Positions 9,231 to 18,359 of a DNA stretch of 29,526 nucleotides are shown piece after piece. The stretch comes from Verrucomicrobiota bacterium. Lineage in GTDB: Bacteria; Verrucomicrobiota; Verrucomicrobiia; Verrucomicrobiales; DEV007. Below the pieces are notes generated by a model. It saw only the letters and a program-made list of their open reading frames with translations, was not told where the DNA came from and did no database searches. The translations under genes were made by a program, and so were the position numbers. The DNA is taken from assembly GCA_045046875.1 (NCBI GenBank), contig JASFYY010000056.1:1-29526 (forward strand), read 5' to 3'. The first letter of the stretch is position 1; the number at the start of each line of letters is the position of its first letter.

Positions 9231-10178
9231 TCACCATTTTAAGCGGAATTCCATCCAATCAGAGCCAAGAAATCTCCTACCTCCTTTATCGGCATCTCGC
9301 ATTTCTATTTTTGCGGTGTAGTCATTTTTCTGCGATGGTTTTTCGATAACTTTGGCGGTGCCACGACCATCGGAAAATCTCAAGTGAATGGAAACCGGCG
9401 ACCCGCTGGTTGGCAGGCTGATCCCCGCGTCGTACCGTTCGGTGATTTTAGCGTTCCAAATTGGCTTCCACTCGATGCTGTCATCCAAGGTAGTCGAGAA
9501 ATCACCACCGTGACGTCCGGCCATCGCACCAATTCCCTCTGTGTGATCAAACCAAATTTCACTTCCCCGCATGAACAGATGACTCAAACCGTCGATCTGA
9601 ACTTTGATTTTCAGATGTCGTTTCGCAATCACAGGTAGCGCATTCTTTCCCGGTGGGGGAAGTGAGTCGAGCAGTGTTTTTGCAGCGATGGCATCGTCAA
9701 GTCTTCCCTGTTTGGTATATTCAAATTTGAGCTTTTCCAGCTTTGCTCTATAAGCAACTGTTAACGATGCAGATTTCCGCATCAGGGGGATTCCTAACTT
9801 CTTTTGTGTCTGTAAAAATATTTTCCGAGCTGCGACAAGTTTTTGTGGTTCGGCTGCCCCAGTTGAACGGGACGGCTCCACTCCGTTTTCTCCCAGTGCC
9901 TCGACCTCCTTCTTCACAGCAAGAATGCCCTGAAGATCACCTTGTTTCTGGAATTCGGCGGCAATCAAGTTCAGCCTGTTTTCGTAGTTCTTCTCCAGCT
10001 CACCCAAAGGCTTGTTCAGATCCGCCAGCATAACCTCATAATTAAACTTGAGCAGACTGAGTTTTTTCGGGAGGGATTTCTTAGTGATTCCCTGCGCCAC
10101 CACGATTGAACGATCGAATGGAACGCCCACCACAAACAGCGCAAACAACAAGACTGGTATAACAAGAACCCGTTTCAT
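9231..10178 (-). CDS. Secreted hypothetical protein (duplicated helical KQG-L motif plus C-terminal beta domain)
   Basis: 315-aa ORF with signal peptide MKRVLVIPVLLFALFVVG; protein-like composition; fills the gap between its neighbours. Confidence 0.8.
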   Translation of the reverse strand: MKRVLVIPVLLFALFVVGVPFDRSIVVAQGITKKSLPKKLSLLKFNYEVMLADLNKPLGELEKNYENRLNLIAAEFQKQGDLQGILAVKKEVEALGENGVEPSRSTGAAEPQKLVAARKIFLQTQKKLGIPLMRKSASLTVAYRAKLEKLKFEYTKQGRLDDAIAAKTLLDSLPPPGKNALPVIAKRHLKIKVQIDGLSHLFMRGSEIWFDHTEGIGAMAGRHGGDFSTTLDDSIEWKPIWNAKITERYDAGISLPTSGSPVSIHLRFSDGRGTAKVIEKPSQKNDYTAKIEMRDADKGGRRFLGSDWMEFRLKW

Positions 10179-10433
10179 GACCGCTGACTGCTATGAATTT
10201 GCTCCCCCCCCACCGGAGCTCTCATGCCCTCCATAGCCTCAGCCAAAAATGTTTCGCCACCGAACCGGGATTGGAGGGAGCTAAAGGGGAGAAATGAGTT
10301 AATTAGGTTCATTTAAACCGATTAGAACACGGGATAATTCTACCGTCAAGCCCGATGTCCTATGAATTCTGCATTCGTGGCAGCTTGCAGATCAGCTACC
10401 CTGAATAGTAGTCTCAACCATCCCCGCCCCCGC

Positions 10434-13400
10434 TCACTCCCCCATTTTCTCCGCCTCCTTCAAAAATCTCGCCGCATTCTCAGCATCTCCATTTTTTTTA
10501 GCCAAATCCGCCAGAGCCCGCCAGGCATGGCCCCCGTCAGGAATAACACTTGCGACGGCCTCCCCGTGCAGCAAAAATTCATCCGCATCAAACAAACCAC
10601 TCTTCTGCAAATTAGTCATCGCATGAGAATAAAGAGACCCTGATTTTCCAATAATTTCAGGTAGGGAAAGCATCGCCTGCATCAGCGCAATCCGCTGGCC
10701 AACCGGCGCATCGTGCGGCATGCGGGTAGCCGTTAAGTTAATCGCCCAACCACTTTTTTTAAACCAGTCCCGGTCCAGTTTTTTGCGCACTTCAGGGTCA
10801 AGCCCCCTTCGCCAGTCCTGCCATTCCTCCATGCGATCAACTCGCGCATGACTATAAATATTACGCGCATAATTAGCCGCCCGGGTGCGAACACTGGGAA
10901 TCCTTTGATCAGATAAAGCCGCCATATAAGATGTGATCTCAAGCATCCCGGCAAGTTTATTCGGGTCATTCTGACAAAGAGTCACCCCATCAGAAACAGC
11001 ATCGGACAGAACCTCCCAAATACGATCATAACTTTGATTTTTCGCTTCCGTTTGTGCAGCAATTTTTTTCAAAACCTCAAGAGCGTGATCGTATTCACCT
11101 GCCGCAACCAATCCCACAATCATCGGGTGGGCAATGAACTTCCACGAATATTTTTCCTTTGATTTGAATACAGCTTTCAGGTCATTTATCCGGGCAGCGG
11201 CGATATATTTTTCGGTAAGCTGAGCCGCTGCCGCCGAATCTTTTCCGATGAATGTCAAAACCGCATTGCGGTATTCAGTATTTTTAAAATCCAGCTCACC
11301 AACAGATTTAGCCACTGCCAATATACGCTCCTCTTTCACCGGCATTTCAGGATCGAAGTGATCCGCTTCCAAAAAGGCAATGTAAGCAGCCAAGACTGCG
11401 CGAAATTCCAGATCCTCGATTTTTCCAAGAAAATCGGGAAGGTGTTTTGCTAGTTGCCGATCAAAAAGCACTCGTCGATTGGCATTTTTTTTACGGATGA
11501 AATACTCGCTGGAATTTTGAGCATAACGAAGGGCACGCTTAACTTCACCTTCTCGAATCAAAGCAGACAGCGGCTCTAAAGGAGTCGAAGCCAAATTCTT
11601 TTCCCACCGCGCCCCTAATAACCAATTCAGATTTCCTTCATCCCCTCGGGCGGCCGCCAACCCTACCAACCACCCTGGGCTTTGGCTGTAAAGCTGTATG
11701 ACTTCACCGTATTCCCCATCCATTTTTTCAATCCGATTCCTCCAAGCCTTAAGCAGACGATCCGCTACTTCAGCCCATTCAGGATTGCGACCCCCATAAA
11801 CAAACAAGTGTAATATCGAATCTTCCTCACCCCCCTTCACTTGCACATCCTCCTCCCAAGCTTGAGCCAACAACCGGGCAAAGGACAGCCTTAGATCCAT
11901 CGGCGTGTGAAACTGGCAGTTATCACAAATTTCCCTGGCAAGAGCCAGACGTAAATTGAAAGGCAATTTTTCATTGGCGATCCTTTTACCCATTTCGACA
12001 AAAGCCTCGGCCACAGCAGGGTCTTTCCAACCAGGTTCAGACAGGTCGCGAAACCTCCATTCCACATTATTCTTACCCAGAATCAAAGATGCGGCTATCA
12101 TCTTGCGCTGCTCACCGGAAAAGTTTTTTCCCACTCGCTGTAAAAATTCATCTGTCGACACACCCGGTCGCCCCGTACTGGAAACCCATCCCCAGCGACC
12201 GATCGAAGAAAAAATCAGATATTCCGCAGGCAGTGAATCCGGTAAATTTTCCGCTGCCCAGAGCAAGCCTTGTTCAAACTGTTTTTGCTCGGCTTCCGGT
12301 CCGTTGCCCATATCGAATTTAGGCGTCAACCAGAGATCATCAATGAACAAACCCTTGCCCAGTTTTGCATCAGCGAGGACTCGAAGATAAAATTTGTAAA
12401 AAACACGTTCGTCTTTCAAGTGGTATCGCACATCACGTAAAAAATCAAATAACCATGAAAAATCGCGCCTCAAAAAAGCTTGCTTCTCATAATCATCTAT
12501 CGGTCCACGCTCTTTAATAATTGCTGCCACCCGCCGCAGCGTTTCGAAAGCCTCATCAGGATCATTCTGCAAAATCAAAGCCAGTAACTGGCTGCGATCC
12601 GAATTTGATGCCAACATCGACTCATTACGAATTCGTTTCTCCAGCACCTCCAACCGCGCCTTGTTTGCTTTAGGAAAAGTCCCACTGATCACTTCCTCAA
12701 TTTCTCCACTGCCTGACTTTGGCAACTTGGGAAGAGCAAACAGAGCCAATTCCTGTTTGAAAATTTCCTCCTGCTTGCGAATTACTTCGAGTTTCGATTT
12801 CAAAAAATCCTGCAACGCTTCTCCCTGATTTTTGGCCAGAGCTGCCAGCATCAATTCTACGCCAAAGGATTTTTGCGAGGTAAAATAATCGCGATAGAGC
12901 TTTTGTTGTTTGGGCGGGAGTTCACGGATGATTTTTACCAAATTTCCAAAAATAGTTGCTTCCCTATCATAGCTCAGGTTCATGAACTCGTAGGAAGCAG
13001 TTGCAAGCAAACGAAAATCGGGCAAGTCCTCCATCAATGGTGACCATTTTAGTTTTTCGATGACTCGTGATGGGTGATTCTCTACATCCTTCCTCTGAAT
13101 CCATGATCTGGTAATGATGCGGTTCGCCACCCCTATTTCGGTTGCTTTCCTGTGAGCAGGAAAAATTAAGCTCGGATAAAAAACCATCTTCTTCAAAAGG
13201 TCGACGTAACGGACGGGAGGCGGCGGAACCCAATTAACAAACTCCCCTTCTGAAGGTAAAATTTTGAGCGCCTCTGCCCGTTGATCCGGTGGCCCCAGAT
13301 ATACAGAAGCCAACTTTTCCAATGCCTCGTCAACTTTGCCCGGATCTCTGTGACGAGCTGTCAGATCGAGGAACCGAATGAGACTGAGTTCCGACTGCGA

Positions 13401-14675
13401 AACGCTAAAATACCGCTTCTTCACCAATTCTTTTTCCAATTGCATTAAGCCTTTTATGATTCGTGCGTCACAATCACGAATCTCCCATATTTTTAACACT
13501 TCACTGAATCTCTGGGTCAAATAATCAGACGTAAAAATTTCTTTTCCCAATCCGCGCATTACTTGTTCGGAATCATCGGGAATATTTTTACGAATCAACT
13601 CATTGGCTAATTTCATGAAATCCGTAGCTTCACAAGCCAACAAATCGAAGCGATCACGAACGCCCTCGGGCAGGTCATCCGGCACATCCTGCGGATGTTT
13701 CCAATAATGGTAAGCGAGATATAAGTCCGGTGAATGAAATCGGGCTTTTAGTTTTCCCGCATCGTATCCCTGCACATAACCCGGCGGAATCGAGCCAAAA
13801 TTTGCGGCTATTTTGTCTGTTAAAATGGCAAACTTTGCTTGCGCCAATAGCTCGTCATTATTTTTAAAATTTCCCTGTAAATCGGACATCGCCGCCAGTC
13901 GGGAAAATGCCCATGCTGAAATTCCCGGGAAACGCAGGGCTTCGCGACAGAAACCCCAATAAGTATCCTGACGCAATTCAATTTCTTCCGGCCATGGGGG
14001 CAAACCCTTGAATCTAACCGGCAAGTCCTGAGGAGCCCAAATCGGTGGCATCAGCACATCTCCAAATCGAAAAGAAGAAAACTTCTGTTCGATTTTTTTC
14101 ACCCAAGACAGCGACTCACCAAGCTCTTCAGGGGGGTTGTTTTTCAAGTAAGCTGTCAATTCTTCGAGAAGGGCAATACCATCCTCAAAATGCGGCTGCC
14201 CAGGTAAAGAGAAGGTCAATTCTTCAACCGAGTACCTGACAACCTCCCTTTTTTTATCCTCCAAGGCGAGCTGGGCTTTCTTAATGTGAAGAATTCGAAT
14301 CAAATGTTTGCTGATTGTGATTGAAGATTTTTTACGCGCATCAACCATCTTTCGATACAAATCGAAGGCCTCCCCATACTCCCCAATAATATCGAGCATC
14401 GCCGCCTGCATGGCTGGCGAATAATCTTCATCATTTTTAAATTTCTCAATCTGCAGGCGAACCTTTTGTTTGAGTTCCGCATCGCTCGACAACTGTTTCC
14501 GTAACGCATCCGCTTTCGGCCGGAGGATTGCCTCCCCCTTATCATCAAGCCACGTCACTGCCCATTTAGGGAGCTCTTCGCTGATTTCGCCCGCTGAAAA
14601 CTGTGCATAGGCAGTAAGGCCAATTGCAAAATAGAAAAAAGCGCAGGCTGTAAGAAGTGATCGCTTTTTTTTCAT
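10434..14675 (-). CDS. Large (~1,410 aa) secreted alpha-helical protein, paralog of the C-terminal part of the giant TPR protein at 18360-27452
   Basis: Uninterrupted 4.2 kb ORF. MKKKRSLLTACAFFYFAIGLTAYA signal peptide from the ATG at 14675. Collinear motif matches to the 3030-aa protein are visible by eye (see findings). Confidence 0.88.
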   Translation of the reverse strand: MKKKRSLLTACAFFYFAIGLTAYAQFSAGEISEELPKWAVTWLDDKGEAILRPKADALRKQLSSDAELKQKVRLQIEKFKNDEDYSPAMQAAMLDIIGEYGEAFDLYRKMVDARKKSSITISKHLIRILHIKKAQLALEDKKREVVRYSVEELTFSLPGQPHFEDGIALLEELTAYLKNNPPEELGESLSWVKKIEQKFSSFRFGDVLMPPIWAPQDLPVRFKGLPPWPEEIELRQDTYWGFCREALRFPGISAWAFSRLAAMSDLQGNFKNNDELLAQAKFAILTDKIAANFGSIPPGYVQGYDAGKLKARFHSPDLYLAYHYWKHPQDVPDDLPEGVRDRFDLLACEATDFMKLANELIRKNIPDDSEQVMRGLGKEIFTSDYLTQRFSEVLKIWEIRDCDARIIKGLMQLEKELVKKRYFSVSQSELSLIRFLDLTARHRDPGKVDEALEKLASVYLGPPDQRAEALKILPSEGEFVNWVPPPPVRYVDLLKKMVFYPSLIFPAHRKATEIGVANRIITRSWIQRKDVENHPSRVIEKLKWSPLMEDLPDFRLLATASYEFMNLSYDREATIFGNLVKIIRELPPKQQKLYRDYFTSQKSFGVELMLAALAKNQGEALQDFLKSKLEVIRKQEEIFKQELALFALPKLPKSGSGEIEEVISGTFPKANKARLEVLEKRIRNESMLASNSDRSQLLALILQNDPDEAFETLRRVAAIIKERGPIDDYEKQAFLRRDFSWLFDFLRDVRYHLKDERVFYKFYLRVLADAKLGKGLFIDDLWLTPKFDMGNGPEAEQKQFEQGLLWAAENLPDSLPAEYLIFSSIGRWGWVSSTGRPGVSTDEFLQRVGKNFSGEQRKMIAASLILGKNNVEWRFRDLSEPGWKDPAVAEAFVEMGKRIANEKLPFNLRLALAREICDNCQFHTPMDLRLSFARLLAQAWEEDVQVKGGEEDSILHLFVYGGRNPEWAEVADRLLKAWRNRIEKMDGEYGEVIQLYSQSPGWLVGLAAARGDEGNLNWLLGARWEKNLASTPLEPLSALIREGEVKRALRYAQNSSEYFIRKKNANRRVLFDRQLAKHLPDFLGKIEDLEFRAVLAAYIAFLEADHFDPEMPVKEERILAVAKSVGELDFKNTEYRNAVLTFIGKDSAAAAQLTEKYIAAARINDLKAVFKSKEKYSWKFIAHPMIVGLVAAGEYDHALEVLKKIAAQTEAKNQSYDRIWEVLSDAVSDGVTLCQNDPNKLAGMLEITSYMAALSDQRIPSVRTRAANYARNIYSHARVDRMEEWQDWRRGLDPEVRKKLDRDWFKKSGWAINLTATRMPHDAPVGQRIALMQAMLSLPEIIGKSGSLYSHAMTNLQKSGLFDADEFLLHGEAVASVIPDGGHAWRALADLAKKNGDAENAARFLKEAEKMGE

Positions 14676-14762
14676 CCAACACCATCTGAAAGCAATGCCA
14701 CACACAGGTCAAGCTTAGCTGGCATATTGATGGAAATATTATTTTTAATCAAAGAACTTCAT

Positions 14763-16214
14763 TTACTCTTTCTCAACAGCCACATTACCCGCCACTTTTG
14801 CCACTCCGGCCTCGATGTCTTCAATCTCACCCAGTAGATTATTCACCACCATATTGCCTTTACATCCCTTCATTCTCAATGCCACCGCTTTCACCTTCTG
14901 CTCCTTACGGTTTTCCCGGATCATACAACCTGACACCCGACTGTCGGACACATTTTCCAGCAATAAACCCACCTTGCCATAATCAAGAATATTGCAGTCG
15001 GTCATATTGATTTGTCGGCTGTTGCGAATCACAAAGGCCGCAGGAATATCCCCCACCCCGCGCTGGTGATTGCCGCTGATCACTGCACCGTTACAATCTT
15101 CGAACAAAACCGCCAGTTTCGCCTGATTTCCGTCGCCATAGCCGTAACGTGGGTTTTGATCGAAGACATTGTTGGATACGATAAAATTTTCACAACCCCG
15201 AATAATCATGTTGTAGGTATAACCTTTCCACATCGTATTACCGGTGATCGTCAACCCCCGTGTTTTGCGGATATCAATGTTCGTCTGCGCATCCGACATC
15301 ACATTGCCTGTGATAGTGATATTGCCGTCCTTCTGTTCCTCGCTGAATGCACGTTTGAGAGACTTGCTCTCGATTAAAATATTAGTCGATCCCGGTGATT
15401 TGTGACTGTGCTGAATGGTGCAGCCGACAATCTCAATCTCCCCTCCATTGATCCCAGTCGAATCGATTTCGATATTGGCTGACGGTTTGGAATTAGGTCC
15501 GCCCATGTTGCCCTCGATATCACAGGATCCGATCTGCAAATTACGCAACTCAGTGTCGCGCACCACCACCCCTCCGCCCTTATTGTAAGAGATGTGGCAA
15601 TTCACCACATTGATCTGATGCAGGTTCAGATGGTCTAGAAACACCCCGATTCCGCGGTTATTATACAAATGGCACTCTGAAATGATCACATTGCGGTTTC
15701 GTTTCACCAAATGAATCCCATGCAAAGCTTCACGAACTGTGGTTCTCGTCACCGTCAACTGCATTGTCCCCCTCGCTTCAATACCCCCCGCTTCCGGATG
15801 TGCTCCCACGATCTCGATTCCATCCACCATTGGAGTCCGCTGACGTTCCCATACATTCTCTTTTACTGTCCCTGGTCCCGCCGTGCCCTCATGGGTTCCG
15901 ACAAAACGAAAGGCCGGTCCCGCACCCGCCATCACAATTCGCGCCGTTCCATTGCCGGATAGAGATGTCGGCCCAACTTTATCCAGATCAATCGTAATCG
16001 TTTTACTCAAACGATAAACCCCTTTCGGAAAACGAATATCACCCAAACCCGAATCCACTGCTTCCTGAATTGCTGCCGCAGCATCTTTCTCTCCGTCTTT
16101 ATATGCAGACAGATCCTGGGCCTCCGCGTAGAAGGATGAGAGTATCGCAAGCAACAAGGCAGAGACAATTGAACAAAAAGAATGTTTTTGAGAATAGGAA
16201 GGGGATTTCATCAT
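14763..16214 (-). CDS. Secreted right-handed parallel beta-helix protein (paralog of 7761-8978)
   Basis: Signal peptide ending FYAEA; AAIQEAVDSGLGDIRFPKGVYRL cap; repeats IISECHLYNN, VVNCHISYN, ITGNVMS, ITGNTM, VSNNVF, ISGNH. ATG at 16214 or 16211 (the track uses TTG at 16223). Confidence 0.88.
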   Translation of the reverse strand: MMKSPSYSQKHSFCSIVSALLLAILSSFYAEAQDLSAYKDGEKDAAAAIQEAVDSGLGDIRFPKGVYRLSKTITIDLDKVGPTSLSGNGTARIVMAGAGPAFRFVGTHEGTAGPGTVKENVWERQRTPMVDGIEIVGAHPEAGGIEARGTMQLTVTRTTVREALHGIHLVKRNRNVIISECHLYNNRGIGVFLDHLNLHQINVVNCHISYNKGGGVVVRDTELRNLQIGSCDIEGNMGGPNSKPSANIEIDSTGINGGEIEIVGCTIQHSHKSPGSTNILIESKSLKRAFSEEQKDGNITITGNVMSDAQTNIDIRKTRGLTITGNTMWKGYTYNMIIRGCENFIVSNNVFDQNPRYGYGDGNQAKLAVLFEDCNGAVISGNHQRGVGDIPAAFVIRNSRQINMTDCNILDYGKVGLLLENVSDSRVSGCMIRENRKEQKVKAVALRMKGCKGNMVVNNLLGEIEDIEAGVAKVAGNVAVEKE

Positions 16215-16384
16215 CGCAATCAAACCCTTTACGAAACAAGGTCAATATAGTTTTCATCCGGATCAATATCACCTTCCGCTGAGCAAGCAAATTCGACCCT
16301 TTATCAGAATTCACTGCCAAACCTCTCATTCCCCTGGAAACCAATCACCCGAGCTCTTCATGAAAAAAGCCTCTTCATCTCATC

Positions 16385-16532
16385 TCTTATCCGTGTTCAC
16401 TTGCTTTCTCCAGCTGTCTTGAGCCGCTGCGTCTGCCTTGCGGCTATCCTCTTTCTTATCCGTGCCATTTGCCTTCGAGCAGTAAACTCCGGCTGTCTCT
16501 CTTCGTTCGGCTGTGGTTAAAATTCTTTATTC
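16385..16532 (-). repeat. Composite/degenerate intergenic element, copy 2 (carries the left 18-bp inverted repeat)
   Basis: TCTTATCCGTG at 16385 and 16454; CTCC(A/G)GCTGTCT at 16408 and 16487; hairpin AGCCGC...GCGGCT at 16422-16445; head GGTTAAAATTCTTTATTC at 16515-16532. Confidence 0.7.
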
Positions 16533-16623
16533 CAGGTCGCACCCCCCTTATCTGCGATCCCCTTTTCTTATTTCCTCCGATTTTACTTAACATATCCCCT
16601 GAATTGCTCTAACTTTTTCAAGT

Positions 16624-18348
16624 ATGCCCATGAACACGTCTGAAGACCCACAAGACCCGGTGCAATCCTTCACCCGCGCGGTGCGCTCCCGATTGAACCG
16701 TTTCCGCTTTCTCGATCTATTCCTACGCGCTTTTGCCCTCGGAACCGCTGGACTTCTGCTCGTCGGCCTCTACTACATTCTACGCGGTCACGCCGTGCCA
16801 AAATCCTACTACGGACTCGCGCTCGGCCTGATCATCACCGCTTCATTGTTATGGTTCGCCGCCCGCCGTTGGACCCGCGACCAGGCCGCCCACTTCGCCG
16901 ACCGTTTTTTTGGCCTCAAAGACAGCCTCTCCTCCTACTTGCATTTCAAAGAGCAAAACAAAAGCGGTGAATTTTATCAACTGCAAGCCGAGGCTTCACG
17001 TGAGTCGATCAGCGATCTGAAATCTAACGCCATCCCCTACCAATGGCCACGTCGCCTGATCACCCTGTCCGCGGTATTATTGCTCGCCGCCGGACTCACC
17101 GCTTTCAAAAAACCTTCCACCGCCGTTTTGGAGCAAATGCGCATCGAAGCGGAAACGTCGAGTAAAACCGACGAGATCAATAAGCGCTTGGAAGAGTTGA
17201 TCGACGAGTTGGAAAAAACGCTCGACGAAGATGAGAAAAACGAGCTCAAGCCAGACAAACTTCGCCAAATGGTGAAAGAGATGGAAAAAACCGACGACCG
17301 CAAAGACGCCATGCGTCAATACGCCGAACTCGAACGGCAACTGCGCAAAGCCGCGCAGAAACTCGAGCAACGCAAAAACGAACAGCTCATGTCCAAAGCA
17401 GGTGAGGAACTGCAAAAAGACCAGCAGAGCAAAAAACTGGGCAAAAAGCTAAGTGAGAAAAAATTCCGCGAAGCAGCCAAGGACTTGGAAGAACTCGCCC
17501 AGGCTGCCAATCAACCACAACGCAAACTGAGCGAACAACGCAAACAACTCGCGCGGGTCAAAGCTGCCGCACAACGCATGGCCGCCGCCGCCAAAGCGGC
17601 CAATCGTAAAGGTTCCACTTCATCCAAAAGCAAATCCGGCGCCCAGTCAGCCAGTAAAGCTTCCGCTTCGCAGAGCAAAAGCAACAGCAGTGGCAGCGGA
17701 GAAAGCGGTTCGGGCAGTGGCAGTTCCGGCAGCAGCGGTGAAGGTCTGGAAGACCTGCTCGCCCAGTTGGACAAGTCCGCCAAGGGGCTCGACAAAAGCC
17801 TCAAAAATGCCCAGCAGGAATTAAAACTCAACGGCAAGCTCAGCGACAAAACCCTGGGGCAATGCAATAGCAGCCGCAGCCAACTTTTGACCCAGCTCGA
17901 CAAGCTCAACGCCAGCCTGTGCAAAATGGGATCCAAGCGGGACGCCAAACTCAAACTGCTCTCGATGTGCAAAAAAGTCGGTCAGTGCCAGAGTTACCTC
18001 AACAAACCCAAATCTTTCTCGCTCAGTCAATGCCTCAAGCCCGGTTCCAAACCTGGTGGCAAAAAAGCCGGTAACGGCAGTGTTGAATCCCGCCGGGATG
18101 GAATGGGCGAAAATTTTGACCAGGGCGAATTAACCCAGTTATCCGGAGCCAAAGGCAGCGGCCCCAGTCAGAGCACGGTGGAATCCGCCGATGACGGCAG
18201 CGGCGTCTCCAGCCGCCGCACCGCCGCCAAACGCCGCGAGTTCAAAAAACAATTGGAGTCCTTCGTGCAACGCGAAGACGTGCCGGATGATGTGAAAGAA
18301 GGCGTGAAACAATACTTCATGCAAATCCACCAAGCTGACGAGAAATAG
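16624..18348 (+). CDS. Membrane-anchored coiled-coil protein of the type found in MoxR/DUF58 operons (DUF4175-like architecture)
   Basis: Three N-terminal hydrophobic segments with AHFADRFFGLKDSLSSYLHF between them; long K/E/Q coiled coil; Ser/Gly linker; C-terminal ESFVQREDVPDDVKEGVKQYF. Confidence 0.85.
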   Translation: MPMNTSEDPQDPVQSFTRAVRSRLNRFRFLDLFLRAFALGTAGLLLVGLYYILRGHAVPKSYYGLALGLIITASLLWFAARRWTRDQAAHFADRFFGLKDSLSSYLHFKEQNKSGEFYQLQAEASRESISDLKSNAIPYQWPRRLITLSAVLLLAAGLTAFKKPSTAVLEQMRIEAETSSKTDEINKRLEELIDELEKTLDEDEKNELKPDKLRQMVKEMEKTDDRKDAMRQYAELERQLRKAAQKLEQRKNEQLMSKAGEELQKDQQSKKLGKKLSEKKFREAAKDLEELAQAANQPQRKLSEQRKQLARVKAAAQRMAAAAKAANRKGSTSSKSKSGAQSASKASASQSKSNSSGSGESGSGSGSSGSSGEGLEDLLAQLDKSAKGLDKSLKNAQQELKLNGKLSDKTLGQCNSSRSQLLTQLDKLNASLCKMGSKRDAKLKLLSMCKKVGQCQSYLNKPKSFSLSQCLKPGSKPGGKKAGNGSVESRRDGMGENFDQGELTQLSGAKGSGPSQSTVESADDGSGVSSRRTAAKRREFKKQLESFVQREDVPDDVKEGVKQYFMQIHQADEK

Positions 18349-18359
18349 CAAGACGGTGG

